From assembly GCA_040377305.1 (NCBI GenBank), contig JBEIPA010000009.1, positions 135,942-199,941 of the forward strand: DNA of 64,000 nt. Direction: 5' to 3'. Of the stretch, positions 21,301 to 30,596 are shown piece after piece. The notes under the pieces were generated by a model. The model did no database searches. It was not told the origin of the DNA and was given only the letters and a program-made list of their open reading frames with translations. Source of the DNA: Flavobacteriales bacterium (GTDB taxonomy: Bacteria; Bacteroidota; Bacteroidia; Palsa-965). A program made the translations under genes and the position numbers. Position 1 is the stretch's first letter. Each line of letters starts with the position of its first letter.

Positions 21301-21866
21301 TTGAAGCAATAGCTTTGTCCGGCACAGATAAACGGAACCGGACGGTTAGAAAACGAAGGTGAATTATTGCAAACAGCAACTACGTTATTTAATGTGGTTT
21401 CGATATAGATGTTTTGCCCGCCGGGATTGCTGATGGTGTTGATTGCAGTGTTGCGGCAACAAAGTGTGAAACTGAATACCCAATCGGTGCAGGCTTGCGG
21501 AAGAATAATTGTGCCTTCGTAAATCCACTCCTGAACGCCAGGATACAATCCGCCGGCACATTCTGTAGTGAGTGTAGGACAAATGGGAGTTACATCTTGT
21601 CCTGTTCCTGCAATCGGGTAAAGTGTAGTTGAAAAATTCTGGTTGCAGGAGATTGATGAAATGTCAATGTTAACGTTTGCAGGTGCGTTTACTCCTGCAC
21701 AATCGCGATAGAACGCAAGGCGTAACCGATATTGGTTGTTGCCTAAACACGTGTAAGTGAGATCACCTCCTTGTGCGTGTGAAGCATAAGCTTCTCCGGA
21801 TAGCTGAATGAAACCTACAATCAGCAGCAGTATTAATTTCCAGTTTATTGTGTAAGCCTGTTTCAT
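18303..21866 (-). CDS. T9SS type B cargo (gliding motility-associated C-terminal domain) with SprB-like repeats and PKD domains
   Basis: ASHAQGGDLTYTC N-terminus, GGTxPYxYxW repeats, WDFGD PKD domains, IPTAFTPNGDGINE...YDRWG...WDG CTD. Start taken at MKQAYT. Confidence 0.9.
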   Translation of the reverse strand: MKQAYTINWKLILLLIVGFIQLSGEAYASHAQGGDLTYTCLGNNQYRLRLAFYRDCAGVNAPANVNIDISSISCNQNFSTTLYPIAGTGQDVTPICPTLTTECAGGLYPGVQEWIYEGTIILPQACTDWVFSFTLCCRNTAINTISNPGGQNIYIETTLNNVVAVCNNSPSFSNRPVPFICAGQSYCFNHGALDIDGDSLAYSLVDPLSGPAAPVTFLAPYSAVNPIPSVPAVSINPVTGDICMNPSQIIVAVMAVRVEEWRNGVLIGTIVRDIQVRTVMCNNNLPSATGINNTNTYSISGCAGSLIQFNIFSNDPDAGQNITMTWNSGIAGGTFNTTGGPLPTGNFSWIPTQADISTTPWCFTVTVSDDACPYAGSQTYAFCITVTGFNVGVTTTATNCGASNGTATALATGGTGPYSFNWQPSGGNSANANGLTAGTYTVYVTDATGCVSNAVAVVIPGPANSNVTATYNDIACFGGTEDIYLNVNGGQQPYTYQWSNNTTTANLIGVSAGTYSVVVTTASGCTQTATYTITQPLSALTAISNVISDVTCAQGTNGSASTTPSGGTLPYNYSWNSAPAQTTATATSLTAGNYSVVISDANGCTTTQNVSITEPLAITSTINVSDVTCYGGANGSTSINVNGGVGPYNVSWSSNPVQNGLNAINLSAGNVSATIIDANGCVSVNTINITQPPALNTIMTGWTPVTCHGGNDGTAAVQSSGGTAPYTYSWNTMPAQFNANAANMIAGMFTVTVTDANGCATIGTVTITEPTPVVVAVSPGDTICLNQAFMIAAYGSGGTGTYTYNWSPNLGNASSYTVYAAAPTTWTVSAVDANGCASAPLTIAADVFQFSPANLSVSSSPSICAGASAQITTSVNGNTGPLTWNWSINVFGPGPHTVYPTQTTTYSVNVTNICGVVVPATTQVTVHQIPVVTLDPQFGSGCDAVNLTFNDTAAVNTGCTYFWDFGDNSTGTGATTNHDYTLSGNYTVSVTATSPFGCTGTNSNQVTLIVYDSPLANFTSSTDEVTIVEPTILFTDLCSVNTLGWLWDFGDTATSTLASPAHTYARVGTYNVRLIAESFGGCMDTVEHLVEVTPEFTIFIPTAFTPNGDGINESFYVYATEINTFTMQMYDRWGNLIFESDDLYEGWDGRASGGTEIAQQDVYVYKVFIKDFEGKQHKFTGSVTLLK

Positions 21867-21924
21867 ATTTCCCTCTCTTTCCTGGTTAGTGTGTGTTTTG
21901 TCCCGGCGATGGAGCTTTGTGCTA

Positions 21925-21947
21925 CTTCGACTACGCTCAGTCTGACA
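21925..21947. repeat. REP-like short dispersed element
   Basis: CTTCGACTACGCTCAGTCTGACA, related to 2435-2457. Confidence 0.5.
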
Positions 21948-22263
21948 AAGCATCGTCTTCCGGGGAAAGTTTTTCTGGAATGGATTTTGAAGCAAAGAAC
22001 TTATGGGTTGAACGGCGAGGGTTTAATCGCAGTTACACGCTGTGGAGCATGAACACATGTTCATAAATAATTATGCATGCATAATAAAATGCGGAAATCG
22101 CTGAAGGCGTGCATTTCAGAATTGCTTCACGAAAAGGTTACAGTGTTGCGATGTAACTAAAATAAAGTTCGTGCGTAAACCACGCTTGTGTTCACTGCTG
22201 AATCTGCAAAAATCAGGGTTACAAAAAAACAGTGATTTCCGATAAAGTGTAATTGAAATCGGA

Positions 22264-24351
22264 TTAACGGACGCGCATCCCCATAATGAGCACATCGTCC
22301 ACTTGATCGAGAGATCCCTTCCAGGACATAAATTCTCCGCGCAAAAGTTCTTCTTGCTGCTCCACATTTTTAGCACTGATTTGCACCAATAACTCACGAA
22401 GTCTTTTGTATTTCAGTTTTTTTCCGGCGGGGCCGCCAAACTGATCCGCGTATCCGTCCGAGAATAAATAAACCATATCGCCCGGTAACATCGCGATTTC
22501 ATGATTCGTATAAGAATCGACTACACCATCGACATTTACGCCTATCGGTGATTTGTCGGCTTTTATTTGTGAGAGCTGACCCTCGCGAACCATGTACAGC
22601 GGATTAAATGCGCCTGCGTATTGCAGTGTACGTGTTTCCGGACGATAGCTGCAAATGGAAATATCCATTCCATCTTTCACTGTGCTTCCGGAATCGGATT
22701 GTCGCAGTAATTTGTTCACGCCGTAATCGAGCTCCCGAAGAATCTCTGAGGGTTTCGTGAGATGCATTTCTTTCACGGCACGGTTGAGCAAATTGAATCC
22801 GACAACAGACATCAGCGCCCCCGGAACACCATGACCGGTGCAGTCAACCGAAGCGAAAATGCGATGTCCGCCTTCTTCTTCTACCCAATAGAAATCTCCG
22901 CTTACAACATCCTTTGGCATATACAGAATGAAACTTTCCGGAATCACTTGCTTTACCGCATGAACAGGAGCAAGAATCGAATCCTGAATTCTTCTCGCAT
23001 AGTTGATGCTATCCGTGATCTCATCTTTCTGATGCATGATTTCACGATTTGTATTTTCGAGAACACGGGCAATTTGTTTCTTCGTACGGAAACGTGAGTA
23101 CAGCAGAAGTGAAAGGAGAATCAGAATCGCCACACCGCCTGCCAATAAGCTGACTTTGTTTCGCAGAAGCTCTTCGTCGAGTTGTGACTGAGCTGCCTGA
23201 GCATTCAACTCTTCCTGTTTTTTCCGAATGCTGTAGTTCTGGCTCTGTTGTTCAATCTTGCGCATCGCATCTTCTCCGTGAATCAATTCGTTGAGATCGA
23301 CATACAGACGCAAATACCACAACGCAGAATCTGAATTACCAAGGTCGCCAAATTCATCAGACAGATTCTTGTACGTTACCAGCAAATCTTCTTTCAGATT
23401 GTACTGCATGGCGATTCTGTATCCGAAGCGGTAATAGTACATCGCTGAATCTTTATTACCGATAGAATCGTGAAGATTTCCAAGTGTACGCAGAGAAGAA
23501 ACCAGACCTTCCGGTCGTTGCAAATCTGTGTTCATCCCACGGGCGGTGTGGAGATAAAACAGTGCGCTGTCGAACTGACCGAGGTGAAACAAACTGGCTC
23601 CTACATTATTATACGCAGAAGCGGCTTTCGCATTCGCATTCAGTTCTTTGAACATCACGAGCGCCTGACGAAAGAAGACCAAGGCCGAATCATACGACCC
23701 CTGTTCTTCAAGTATTGCGCCGATATTAGCTACTGCAGATGCTTCGAAAACTTTGTTCTGCTTACTACGGCGATTCAGCTCCAATGCACTTACGTAATTG
23801 CGGAGTGCTTCCTTATGATCACCTTGCCCGTATTCAATATTGCCGAGCGTGAGTTTACAAACAGCAATTCCAAATGTATCGTTCAGTTCTTCCTGCAAGG
23901 TGAGTGAATTCATCACGTATGAGGCAGCGGTGCTGTAATCTGCTGTCTTCTGATACACGTTAGAAATGTTCAGCAGGATTCTCGCTTCTTCTGATTTTGA
24001 GTTCTGCAGTTTGGTAACAGCAAGGGAGGAATCGTAATACACAATTGCATCGGCATACAACCCCTGATTCTCGTAGCTCTGCGCCAGCATGTTGTATCCC
24101 GATTGCATGCCGTGAAGAAAATTTGATTTACGGGAAATCTTCAAAGCTTTCAGTGCATACTCACGATTCAGGTCTGGATCGACATAACGATACTGTTCTG
24201 CCAAACGGTTGTAGGCATTCGCAAGTGTAGTGTCGTTTTGCTCTTTGTCGAGCGTGGCTTTAAGACTGTCGATGTAAGGAGTTTCTTTCTGCTGTGCGAA
24301 TACGCCCGTGCTCAGTAGCAGAAGCAGGAATACAGAAAGAATAGTTTTCAT
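22264..24351 (-). CDS. TPR-sensor membrane protein with a SpoIIE/PP2C phosphatase domain
   Basis: Signal peptide, TPR repeats, TM helix; VSGDFYW, DCTGHGVPGA, DGMD, SDGYADQFGG, QVDD. Confidence 0.92.
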   Translation of the reverse strand: MKTILSVFLLLLLSTGVFAQQKETPYIDSLKATLDKEQNDTTLANAYNRLAEQYRYVDPDLNREYALKALKISRKSNFLHGMQSGYNMLAQSYENQGLYADAIVYYDSSLAVTKLQNSKSEEARILLNISNVYQKTADYSTAASYVMNSLTLQEELNDTFGIAVCKLTLGNIEYGQGDHKEALRNYVSALELNRRSKQNKVFEASAVANIGAILEEQGSYDSALVFFRQALVMFKELNANAKAASAYNNVGASLFHLGQFDSALFYLHTARGMNTDLQRPEGLVSSLRTLGNLHDSIGNKDSAMYYYRFGYRIAMQYNLKEDLLVTYKNLSDEFGDLGNSDSALWYLRLYVDLNELIHGEDAMRKIEQQSQNYSIRKKQEELNAQAAQSQLDEELLRNKVSLLAGGVAILILLSLLLYSRFRTKKQIARVLENTNREIMHQKDEITDSINYARRIQDSILAPVHAVKQVIPESFILYMPKDVVSGDFYWVEEEGGHRIFASVDCTGHGVPGALMSVVGFNLLNRAVKEMHLTKPSEILRELDYGVNKLLRQSDSGSTVKDGMDISICSYRPETRTLQYAGAFNPLYMVREGQLSQIKADKSPIGVNVDGVVDSYTNHEIAMLPGDMVYLFSDGYADQFGGPAGKKLKYKRLRELLVQISAKNVEQQEELLRGEFMSWKGSLDQVDDVLIMGMRVR

Positions 24352-24379
24352 GGGCACTGCAAGTTATGAAAGATAGCTA

Positions 24380-27300
24380 TTATGCACGGATGCCAATTAT
24401 CAAAACATCATCGACTTGCTCCAGCGAAGTTTTCCAGGAATGGAATTTTTGCTCCAGAACTTTCTTTTGCTCCTCCATCGGCTGCAGGTGAATTTCGAGC
24501 AACAAACGGGTGAGTTGTTTGACCATGAACTTTTTACCTCGCGGACCGCCAAACTGATCGGCATAACCATCGGTGGTCATGTATATCACGTCACTCTTCT
24601 GCAACGGAATAGTGTGAGCTTTGAAACGACGCACCTCTTCCGGCTGACTACCTGCAATCGAAACCTTTTCCGCTTTTGTTTCGAGTAACGCACCGTTTCG
24701 AATGATCCACAAATTGCGATTTGCTCCGGCGTAATACAGTTCAGACTTATCCTGGTCCATCACAATTAGTGAAAGGTCCATTCCATCGCGCGTGTCGCCA
24801 CCCACATCTTGCTTTAAAGCCTGACGAACTCCAACGTGCAGATGATTCAGAACCTGATCCGGCGCTGTGATATTTTTTTCAATGATGATCTGGTTGAGAA
24901 TAGTATTTCCAATCATACTCATTAGCGCACCTGGGACACCATGGCCGGTGCAATCGACGCATGCAATGAATTTCCGATGGTTTTTCTCTGCAAACCAGTA
25001 GAAATCTCCACTCACGATATCGCGAGGGAAGAAAAGAACAAATGACTCAGGTACGATACGCTTTATTTCATCCGCCGTAGGAAGAATGGCATTCTGAATT
25101 CGTTGTGAATAAACTATACTATCCTGGATTCCGGTGTATGCTTCTTCGAGATCCACCTTCTGTTTTTCAAGCTGATGCTTTTGATCGACAACCTCTGCGG
25201 TGCGCTCTGTTACGATTTCTTCGAGGCGTTCTTTTTGTTTACGCAATGTGCGCGCACTGATTCGGATCGCGACAAAGACGAATAAGATAAATCCAATAAC
25301 GTAAACACCATAGGCCCAGGTAGTACGATACCACGGTGGAAGGATAGTGAATGTGAAGCGCGCCTGCCTGCTATACACTCCAAAAGGATTCACCGCTTCG
25401 ACCACGAATGTGTAAGTGCCTTCCGGAAGATTGGTGTATTCCTTTTCCGTGGTGCGGCTTTTTCCCGACCAGGCTGTGTCGTAACCAAGCAACTGGTAAC
25501 GATACATTGATCCCATATCATACATAAAGTAAGGAGCAGCAAAATCGAATTTCATCGAATTCAATGTGTATGGCACTTCAATTTCTGCATTCGGATAGTA
25601 ATACTCCATTGAATCTCCGGCAAACCGCACATGCGTAATGATTGCATCATAGCGGACGTTCGTGTCGAGATGAAACGAGAGGTCAAATTTTGAAATGGTT
25701 TGCTGGCTTAATATCCACACGTAGCCCGATGTATCGGCACGTCCTAACTGGAGATTCGAATTGATAAAAATTCGGCCCAGCATGACGGTCGCTGATATGG
25801 GGGTTGTGCCAGAGCGGCCAAAAAAGCGGGTGAATTCGTCGTCGATAGGTCGTTCCAGAAAAAGACGGTAATCAACAAGGTTACTAATGTGTTCTGTTTC
25901 TCCATTGAACAAGCGATCGAAGATATCAGGGGCTCGCGTTATGCAAACTGAACTGTCGTTGATATCGAGTTCAGGACGGTAACGGAACGCCGTTGTGTAG
26001 CTCACATAATAAACTGTATCTCCGATTTTCACCGTAAAACAATCTTCAACTGGCATTCCGTTTTTCAGTGTGTATTCACGAAACTGCAATAATGAATCCG
26101 TATAGTTGAATTCAATTCTATATGCAGTCTTAAACCGGGAGAGTGCAGTGAATTCAAAATTGCCTTCGGAGTTCAGTTCTGGTTTGGCAGTGCGCAGTAA
26201 TTCCGTACCAGGCATTTCGAAGTGCATGGCTTCTTTCCAATTTCGATCCCGATCAACAGTTAATACTGAAAAGCCTCCCTTCTCTGCGGTGAGTAATGTG
26301 CGATTGGTATCTATCCACGATACACAGTTCGTGTAACGATCCGTGATATGTGTTGTGGAATTTCCAATGACTTCATACACGCCGGTGGAAGACGATGCGA
26401 GCACAGAAGGACCTGCAACCGTAATATCCCATGCTTCATTGGGAATTCCGGGCACACGTTCAAAAGGCATGTTCATCTGTCCTTTGTGAATGCCTACCGA
26501 ACGGAACAATCCCGTGGATGAACAGATGTACATCGTGTCGCCGGTAATTTCCAGCATCTCCAATGTTCCGTCGAATCCGTTGTCTTCAGAAAACATAAGT
26601 GCCGGCGCAGTGTAACTGATCATGCTGCAGCCATTGTTGAAGGCCAGCCAGATGTTCTTTTCCCGGTCAACAAAGAGTTCCGAAATTGACTCATCGTTCA
26701 ATCCAGTAGCTTTATTGAAGAGATACGTAGGCTCGAACTTTTTGTTGTAGATCATTAAGCCATAACGACTGCAGACAGCGAATTCCCTATCGTTGATCCA
26801 CTCAATGCCGAGCACACCGGATTCCCGTAGAAAAGTATCGTTGGCGATCGGAAAGTATTCAAACACGGGCGCTGGTGAGGATACATTGCTCATGCGAACA
26901 AATCCTTCATTGTTGGTAAGCAGGTAGTTGGTATTCGCATCCATCTGCAGCATGCCCATTAAGCGTACGCTGCCGAACATTTCCGAATTAGGAATCAATG
27001 TCATCGTGTTGCCCGAAATCTCCATCAGTCCGACTCCGCGTTGCCGCACATAAATTCTTCCGCCGCAGTTAAACATCAATGCAAAGGTGCTCCCTTCCTG
27101 AGGATCAATTCTGCCAACCACTTTTTTGTCTTCAACAATGAAAATGTGTTCCGCAGATTGAAAATATATTTTTTTGCCCTGTTGTTGGATTTTCCAGACA
27201 TCGGTGAAAACGGACTCTTCGGGAGTGAGTTGGTCCATGAAGGAGTGAAAAGTATAATAACCCGTGGTATCGCGTTCGAGGCAACCGAATTCCTGAACTG

Positions 27301-27580
27301 AGCCTACATAAATTGTCTGTGTCGTTGAATCGTAGTGAATCTGTCGTGTAGCTGCGCCGATTTTCACCGGGATTCCGTTCCACCGTACTCCATCGTACGA
27401 GAAGATATTAGAAGTAGAGGCAAGAAAAATAAGTCCTCGCTCGTCTTGCAACACCTGCCAGGTTTGCGTGAAGCCGCCATATTCCGTGGGTTTATAATTC
27501 CGGATATGATAAGGGCTTTTCTGCGCGGAAATATTTGTCCATGCGAAGAGTGCAAGCAGTATGACGATGATAAGTCTCAC
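24380..27580 (-). CDS. Beta-propeller / Y_Y_Y sensor with a SpoIIE/PP2C phosphatase domain
   Basis: YRYQLLGYD...KEYTNLPEGTYTF, ILPPWYRT TM segment, VSGDFYW, DCTGHGVPGA, QVDD. GTG start overlaps the metZ stop. Confidence 0.92.
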   Translation of the reverse strand: MRLIIVILLALFAWTNISAQKSPYHIRNYKPTEYGGFTQTWQVLQDERGLIFLASTSNIFSYDGVRWNGIPVKIGAATRQIHYDSTTQTIYVGSVQEFGCLERDTTGYYTFHSFMDQLTPEESVFTDVWKIQQQGKKIYFQSAEHIFIVEDKKVVGRIDPQEGSTFALMFNCGGRIYVRQRGVGLMEISGNTMTLIPNSEMFGSVRLMGMLQMDANTNYLLTNNEGFVRMSNVSSPAPVFEYFPIANDTFLRESGVLGIEWINDREFAVCSRYGLMIYNKKFEPTYLFNKATGLNDESISELFVDREKNIWLAFNNGCSMISYTAPALMFSEDNGFDGTLEMLEITGDTMYICSSTGLFRSVGIHKGQMNMPFERVPGIPNEAWDITVAGPSVLASSSTGVYEVIGNSTTHITDRYTNCVSWIDTNRTLLTAEKGGFSVLTVDRDRNWKEAMHFEMPGTELLRTAKPELNSEGNFEFTALSRFKTAYRIEFNYTDSLLQFREYTLKNGMPVEDCFTVKIGDTVYYVSYTTAFRYRPELDINDSSVCITRAPDIFDRLFNGETEHISNLVDYRLFLERPIDDEFTRFFGRSGTTPISATVMLGRIFINSNLQLGRADTSGYVWILSQQTISKFDLSFHLDTNVRYDAIITHVRFAGDSMEYYYPNAEIEVPYTLNSMKFDFAAPYFMYDMGSMYRYQLLGYDTAWSGKSRTTEKEYTNLPEGTYTFVVEAVNPFGVYSRQARFTFTILPPWYRTTWAYGVYVIGFILFVFVAIRISARTLRKQKERLEEIVTERTAEVVDQKHQLEKQKVDLEEAYTGIQDSIVYSQRIQNAILPTADEIKRIVPESFVLFFPRDIVSGDFYWFAEKNHRKFIACVDCTGHGVPGALMSMIGNTILNQIIIEKNITAPDQVLNHLHVGVRQALKQDVGGDTRDGMDLSLIVMDQDKSELYYAGANRNLWIIRNGALLETKAEKVSIAGSQPEEVRRFKAHTIPLQKSDVIYMTTDGYADQFGGPRGKKFMVKQLTRLLLEIHLQPMEEQKKVLEQKFHSWKTSLEQVDDVLIIGIRA

Positions 27581-28743
27581 TTGCTTTTTTCCAGAGCTTG
27601 TTCAATATCCGCAAGGATGTCTGTAATGTGCTCAAGTCCCACTGAAATACGAACAAGACCAGGAGTGATTCCTGTGGCCAGTCGTTCCTCCTCTGTCAGT
27701 TTCGCGTGTGTTGTAGATGCCGGATGTGTTACTGTGGTTCTTGTATCTCCGAGATTCGCAGTTAATGAACACATTTTAATGTTGTCGAGAAATTTTCTTC
27801 CTTGTGCGAGTCCACCTTTCAATTCGAAAGTAACTACTCCGCCACCTGCCGACATTTGCTTACGCGCAATTTCGTATTGTGGGTGCGACAACAGCCACGG
27901 ATATTTCACCATCGCAATTGAAGGGTGATGTTGCAATAATCCGGCAAGTTTCAATGCATTTTCCGAATGACGTTCCATGCGCACGTGCAATGTTTCGAGA
28001 CTCTTCGAAAGAATCCACGCATTGAATGGCGACAAAGCAGGCCCCGTACTTCTGCACAGGAGATAAACTTCTTTGATCAACTCTTTTCTTCCCAGTACGC
28101 ATCCACCCAACACGCGACCTTGTCCGTCAATGAATTTTGTTGCTGAATGCGTGATGATATCTGCACCGTATTTCGCAGGCTGAGATAGTGCAGGTGTTGC
28201 AAAGCAGTTGTCGACGTTCAACAGAATGTTGTGTTTCTTCGCAAGTTGTCCGAGCCATTCGAGATCGACAATGTCTAATCCCGGATTCGTTGGCGTCTCA
28301 ACGAAGATCATTTTCGTTTTCTTCGTGATCAACGATTCCCAGGTTTCTGGTTTGTTGATATCCGCATACGAATATTCAATGCCCCATTTCGGAAGGTACT
28401 TGCTGATTACAGTATGTGTTGATCCGAAAATGGAACTGCACGAAAGCAAATGATCGCCGGCTTTCAGAAACGCCATGAACGAAGCAAACACAGCCGACAT
28501 TCCGGACGCAGTTGCGTAACCGGCTTCTGTTCCTTCCAGCGCACACATCTTGTCGACGAACTCCTGCACATTTGGATTCGAAAAACGACTGTAAATATTG
28601 TCGTCGTTTTCATCAGCGAAAGTTGCACGCATGTGTTCTGCATCATCAAACACAAATGATGATGTCAGAAACAGTGGAGTGGAGTGTTCTCCTTCGTTAC
28701 TTCTTTCAGTTTGAATACGGATTGCTTTTGATTCTGGTCTCAT
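27577..28743 (-). CDS. metZ: O-succinyl/acetylhomoserine sulfhydrylase (trans-sulfuration PLP enzyme)
   Basis: YSRFSNP, ETPTNP, VDNCFATP, HSATKFIDGQGR and ANLGD motifs. Confidence 0.85.
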   Translation of the reverse strand: MRPESKAIRIQTERSNEGEHSTPLFLTSSFVFDDAEHMRATFADENDDNIYSRFSNPNVQEFVDKMCALEGTEAGYATASGMSAVFASFMAFLKAGDHLLSCSSIFGSTHTVISKYLPKWGIEYSYADINKPETWESLITKKTKMIFVETPTNPGLDIVDLEWLGQLAKKHNILLNVDNCFATPALSQPAKYGADIITHSATKFIDGQGRVLGGCVLGRKELIKEVYLLCRSTGPALSPFNAWILSKSLETLHVRMERHSENALKLAGLLQHHPSIAMVKYPWLLSHPQYEIARKQMSAGGGVVTFELKGGLAQGRKFLDNIKMCSLTANLGDTRTTVTHPASTTHAKLTEEERLATGITPGLVRISVGLEHITDILADIEQALEKSK

Positions 28744-28745
28744 AT

Positions 28746-28838
28746 CAGTAGGCAGTAGGGCAGTTCGGCAGTAGGCAGTCAAGTAACTTGATTCACAATC
28801 GTTCTTTAGCCGCGGGGGTTTATCCCGGGGTAAAGAAC
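28746..28838. repeat. GGCAGTA heptamer tandem plus a GC-rich hairpin between osmC and metZ
   Basis: CAGTAGG-CAGTAGGG-CAGTTCGG-CAGTAGG-CAGT at 28746-28779; GTTCTTTAGCCGCGGG...CCCGGGGTAAAGAAC at 28801-28838. Confidence 0.65.
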
Positions 28839-28849
28839 AGCAGGTGCAT

Positions 28850-29278
28850 TTATATTTGCGTTCCGTTCAGTATTACTTCCCAGGTAATCTTGGCTCCCGC
28901 AACTTCAAGCGTCTTCGAAACGGAACAATATTTCTCCATTGATAACTGGCAGGCACGTTTCGCTTTCTCGGGATCAATTGTGCCATCAAGTTTGTATACG
29001 ATGTGCGCAGTTTCCCACAGAGCAGGTTCTTTGCCTTTCGCGCGCTCGGCATCAATCTCCATATCGAAACCAGTGATTTCCTGTTTCTGCTTTTTCAGAA
29101 TCATGATGATGTCGATTGCAGAACAACCGCCAACAGCCATAATCAATGTTTGCATCGGACGAACACCTTTGTTGTGTCCTCCGATATCAGGACTTGCATC
29201 AAAAAACATAGTCTGACCTTCAGCATTTTTTGCTTCGAAATGGAAGGCGTCGTCGAGGCGGTGGAGAGTGACTTTCAT
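28850..29278 (-). CDS. OsmC/YhfA-like protein
   Basis: GVRPMQ...GGCSAID and SMEKYCSV motifs; TATCTTTG 6 nt upstream on the minus strand. Confidence 0.9.
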   Translation of the reverse strand: MKVTLHRLDDAFHFEAKNAEGQTMFFDASPDIGGHNKGVRPMQTLIMAVGGCSAIDIIMILKKQKQEITGFDMEIDAERAKGKEPALWETAHIVYKLDGTIDPEKAKRACQLSMEKYCSVSKTLEVAGAKITWEVILNGTQI

Positions 29279-29284
29279 GGTCAC

Positions 29285-29389
29285 CAAAGATACTAAATCA
29301 GTAGGCAGTAGGTCAGCGTACAGTAGGCAGTCAATGGCATAATTTAGTGCCAACTGCCCTACTGCTTACTGCCTACTATGCTATCTTTG
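29285..29389. promoter_or_regulatory. Back-to-back TATCTTTG promoters (osmC on minus, metX on plus) separated by inverted heptamer arms
   Basis: CAAAGATA at 29285-29292; CAGTAGG-type arm at 29299-29331; TGCCTAC-type arm at 29348-29377; TATCTTTG at 29382-29389. Confidence 0.7.
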
Positions 29390-29394
29390 CCGCA

Positions 29395-30399
29395 ATGAAA
29401 TCAGGTCATTTTACGCTCGAAGATGGTTTTACAACGGAGACGAATGTCACGCTTCCGTCACTAACGCTACAGTATTGCACGGCAGGTGAATTGACACCCG
29501 GTAAAAAAGTTGCATGGGTCTGTCACGCTCTTACTGCCAGTGCCGATTGTGTAAGCTGGTGGCCCGAGTTGATTGGCAAAGACAAGACAATCAATCCAGA
29601 AGAGTATTTCATCATTTGTGTGAACCTTCCCTCGTCGTGTTATGGTTCTACCGGACCGCTTTCAGTAAATCCGGAGACGGAGGAGAAGTATTACGAGACA
29701 TTTCCGTTTTTCACCATTCGTGATTTTGTGCGTGCATTCATTGAGCTGCGCAAACATCTCGGAATCGCAAACATCGATTTGCTTATTGGCGGATCAATGG
29801 GCGGTTATCAATGTATCGAGTGGGCGATCATGGAACCACACGTTGTCCGAAATCTTGCACTCGTTGCAACAGGCGCGAAGGAATCGGCATGGGGAATTGC
29901 TATTCACACCGCGCAACGTCTTGCAATTGAAGCGGACAATTCTTTCGGAACAGATTACGATCTCGCCGGTGCAAAAGGATTGAAAGCTGCACGCGCAATC
30001 GGCATGCTCACGTACAGAAATTACGAAGCGTTTGTCATGACACAATCAGACACCGATGATCGGATCGACAATTTCAAAGCTGCATCATATATCGATTACC
30101 AGGGCGACAAACTGGTGAGTCGTTTCAACGCTTACACCTATTGGTTGCTCACGAAGAGCATGGATTCGCACAACGTTGCACGCGAACGCGGAACGATCGA
30201 CGAAGCACTCAGGCAAGTGAAAGCAAGAACAATTGTGATTGGAATCAGTACAGATTTTCTGTGTCCGATTGCGGAGCAGAAGTTCATGGCAGAGAAAATT
30301 CCCGGAGCCAAATTAGTGGAGATACAATCACCATTTGGGCACGATGGTTTTCTGGTCGAAGGCAAGAAGATCGGGGAAGTGCTCAGCAGTTGGCTGTAG
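29395..30399 (+). CDS. metX: Homoserine O-acyltransferase (MetX family)
   Basis: CHALT, GSTGP, GGSMGG nucleophile motif, GHDGFLVE. Confidence 0.93.
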   Translation: MKSGHFTLEDGFTTETNVTLPSLTLQYCTAGELTPGKKVAWVCHALTASADCVSWWPELIGKDKTINPEEYFIICVNLPSSCYGSTGPLSVNPETEEKYYETFPFFTIRDFVRAFIELRKHLGIANIDLLIGGSMGGYQCIEWAIMEPHVVRNLALVATGAKESAWGIAIHTAQRLAIEADNSFGTDYDLAGAKGLKAARAIGMLTYRNYEAFVMTQSDTDDRIDNFKAASYIDYQGDKLVSRFNAYTYWLLTKSMDSHNVARERGTIDEALRQVKARTIVIGISTDFLCPIAEQKFMAEKIPGAKLVEIQSPFGHDGFLVEGKKIGEVLSSWL

Positions 30400-30596
30400 C
30401 AGCATTTCGTTTGTCAACTGCATCGGCTCGCCTGTTAAGAATACAAGTATTAAGGCAAACTTGTTAGATTTCCCCGGTTGTTATTGAATACACTTGCAGT
30501 GGATTGGCGTTCTACGCTAAATTCACTTGCTTTTGTTAGGCGAGTAATAAAGCAGTCCGGCATCGTCTTAGAAAGAAGGTGTTGGACTTTTCTAAG

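Noticed and set aside
28743-29395. SAM riboswitch upstream of the met genes
   Set aside because: No recognisable SAM-I or SAM-II core, and the predicted leaders are too short to hold one.
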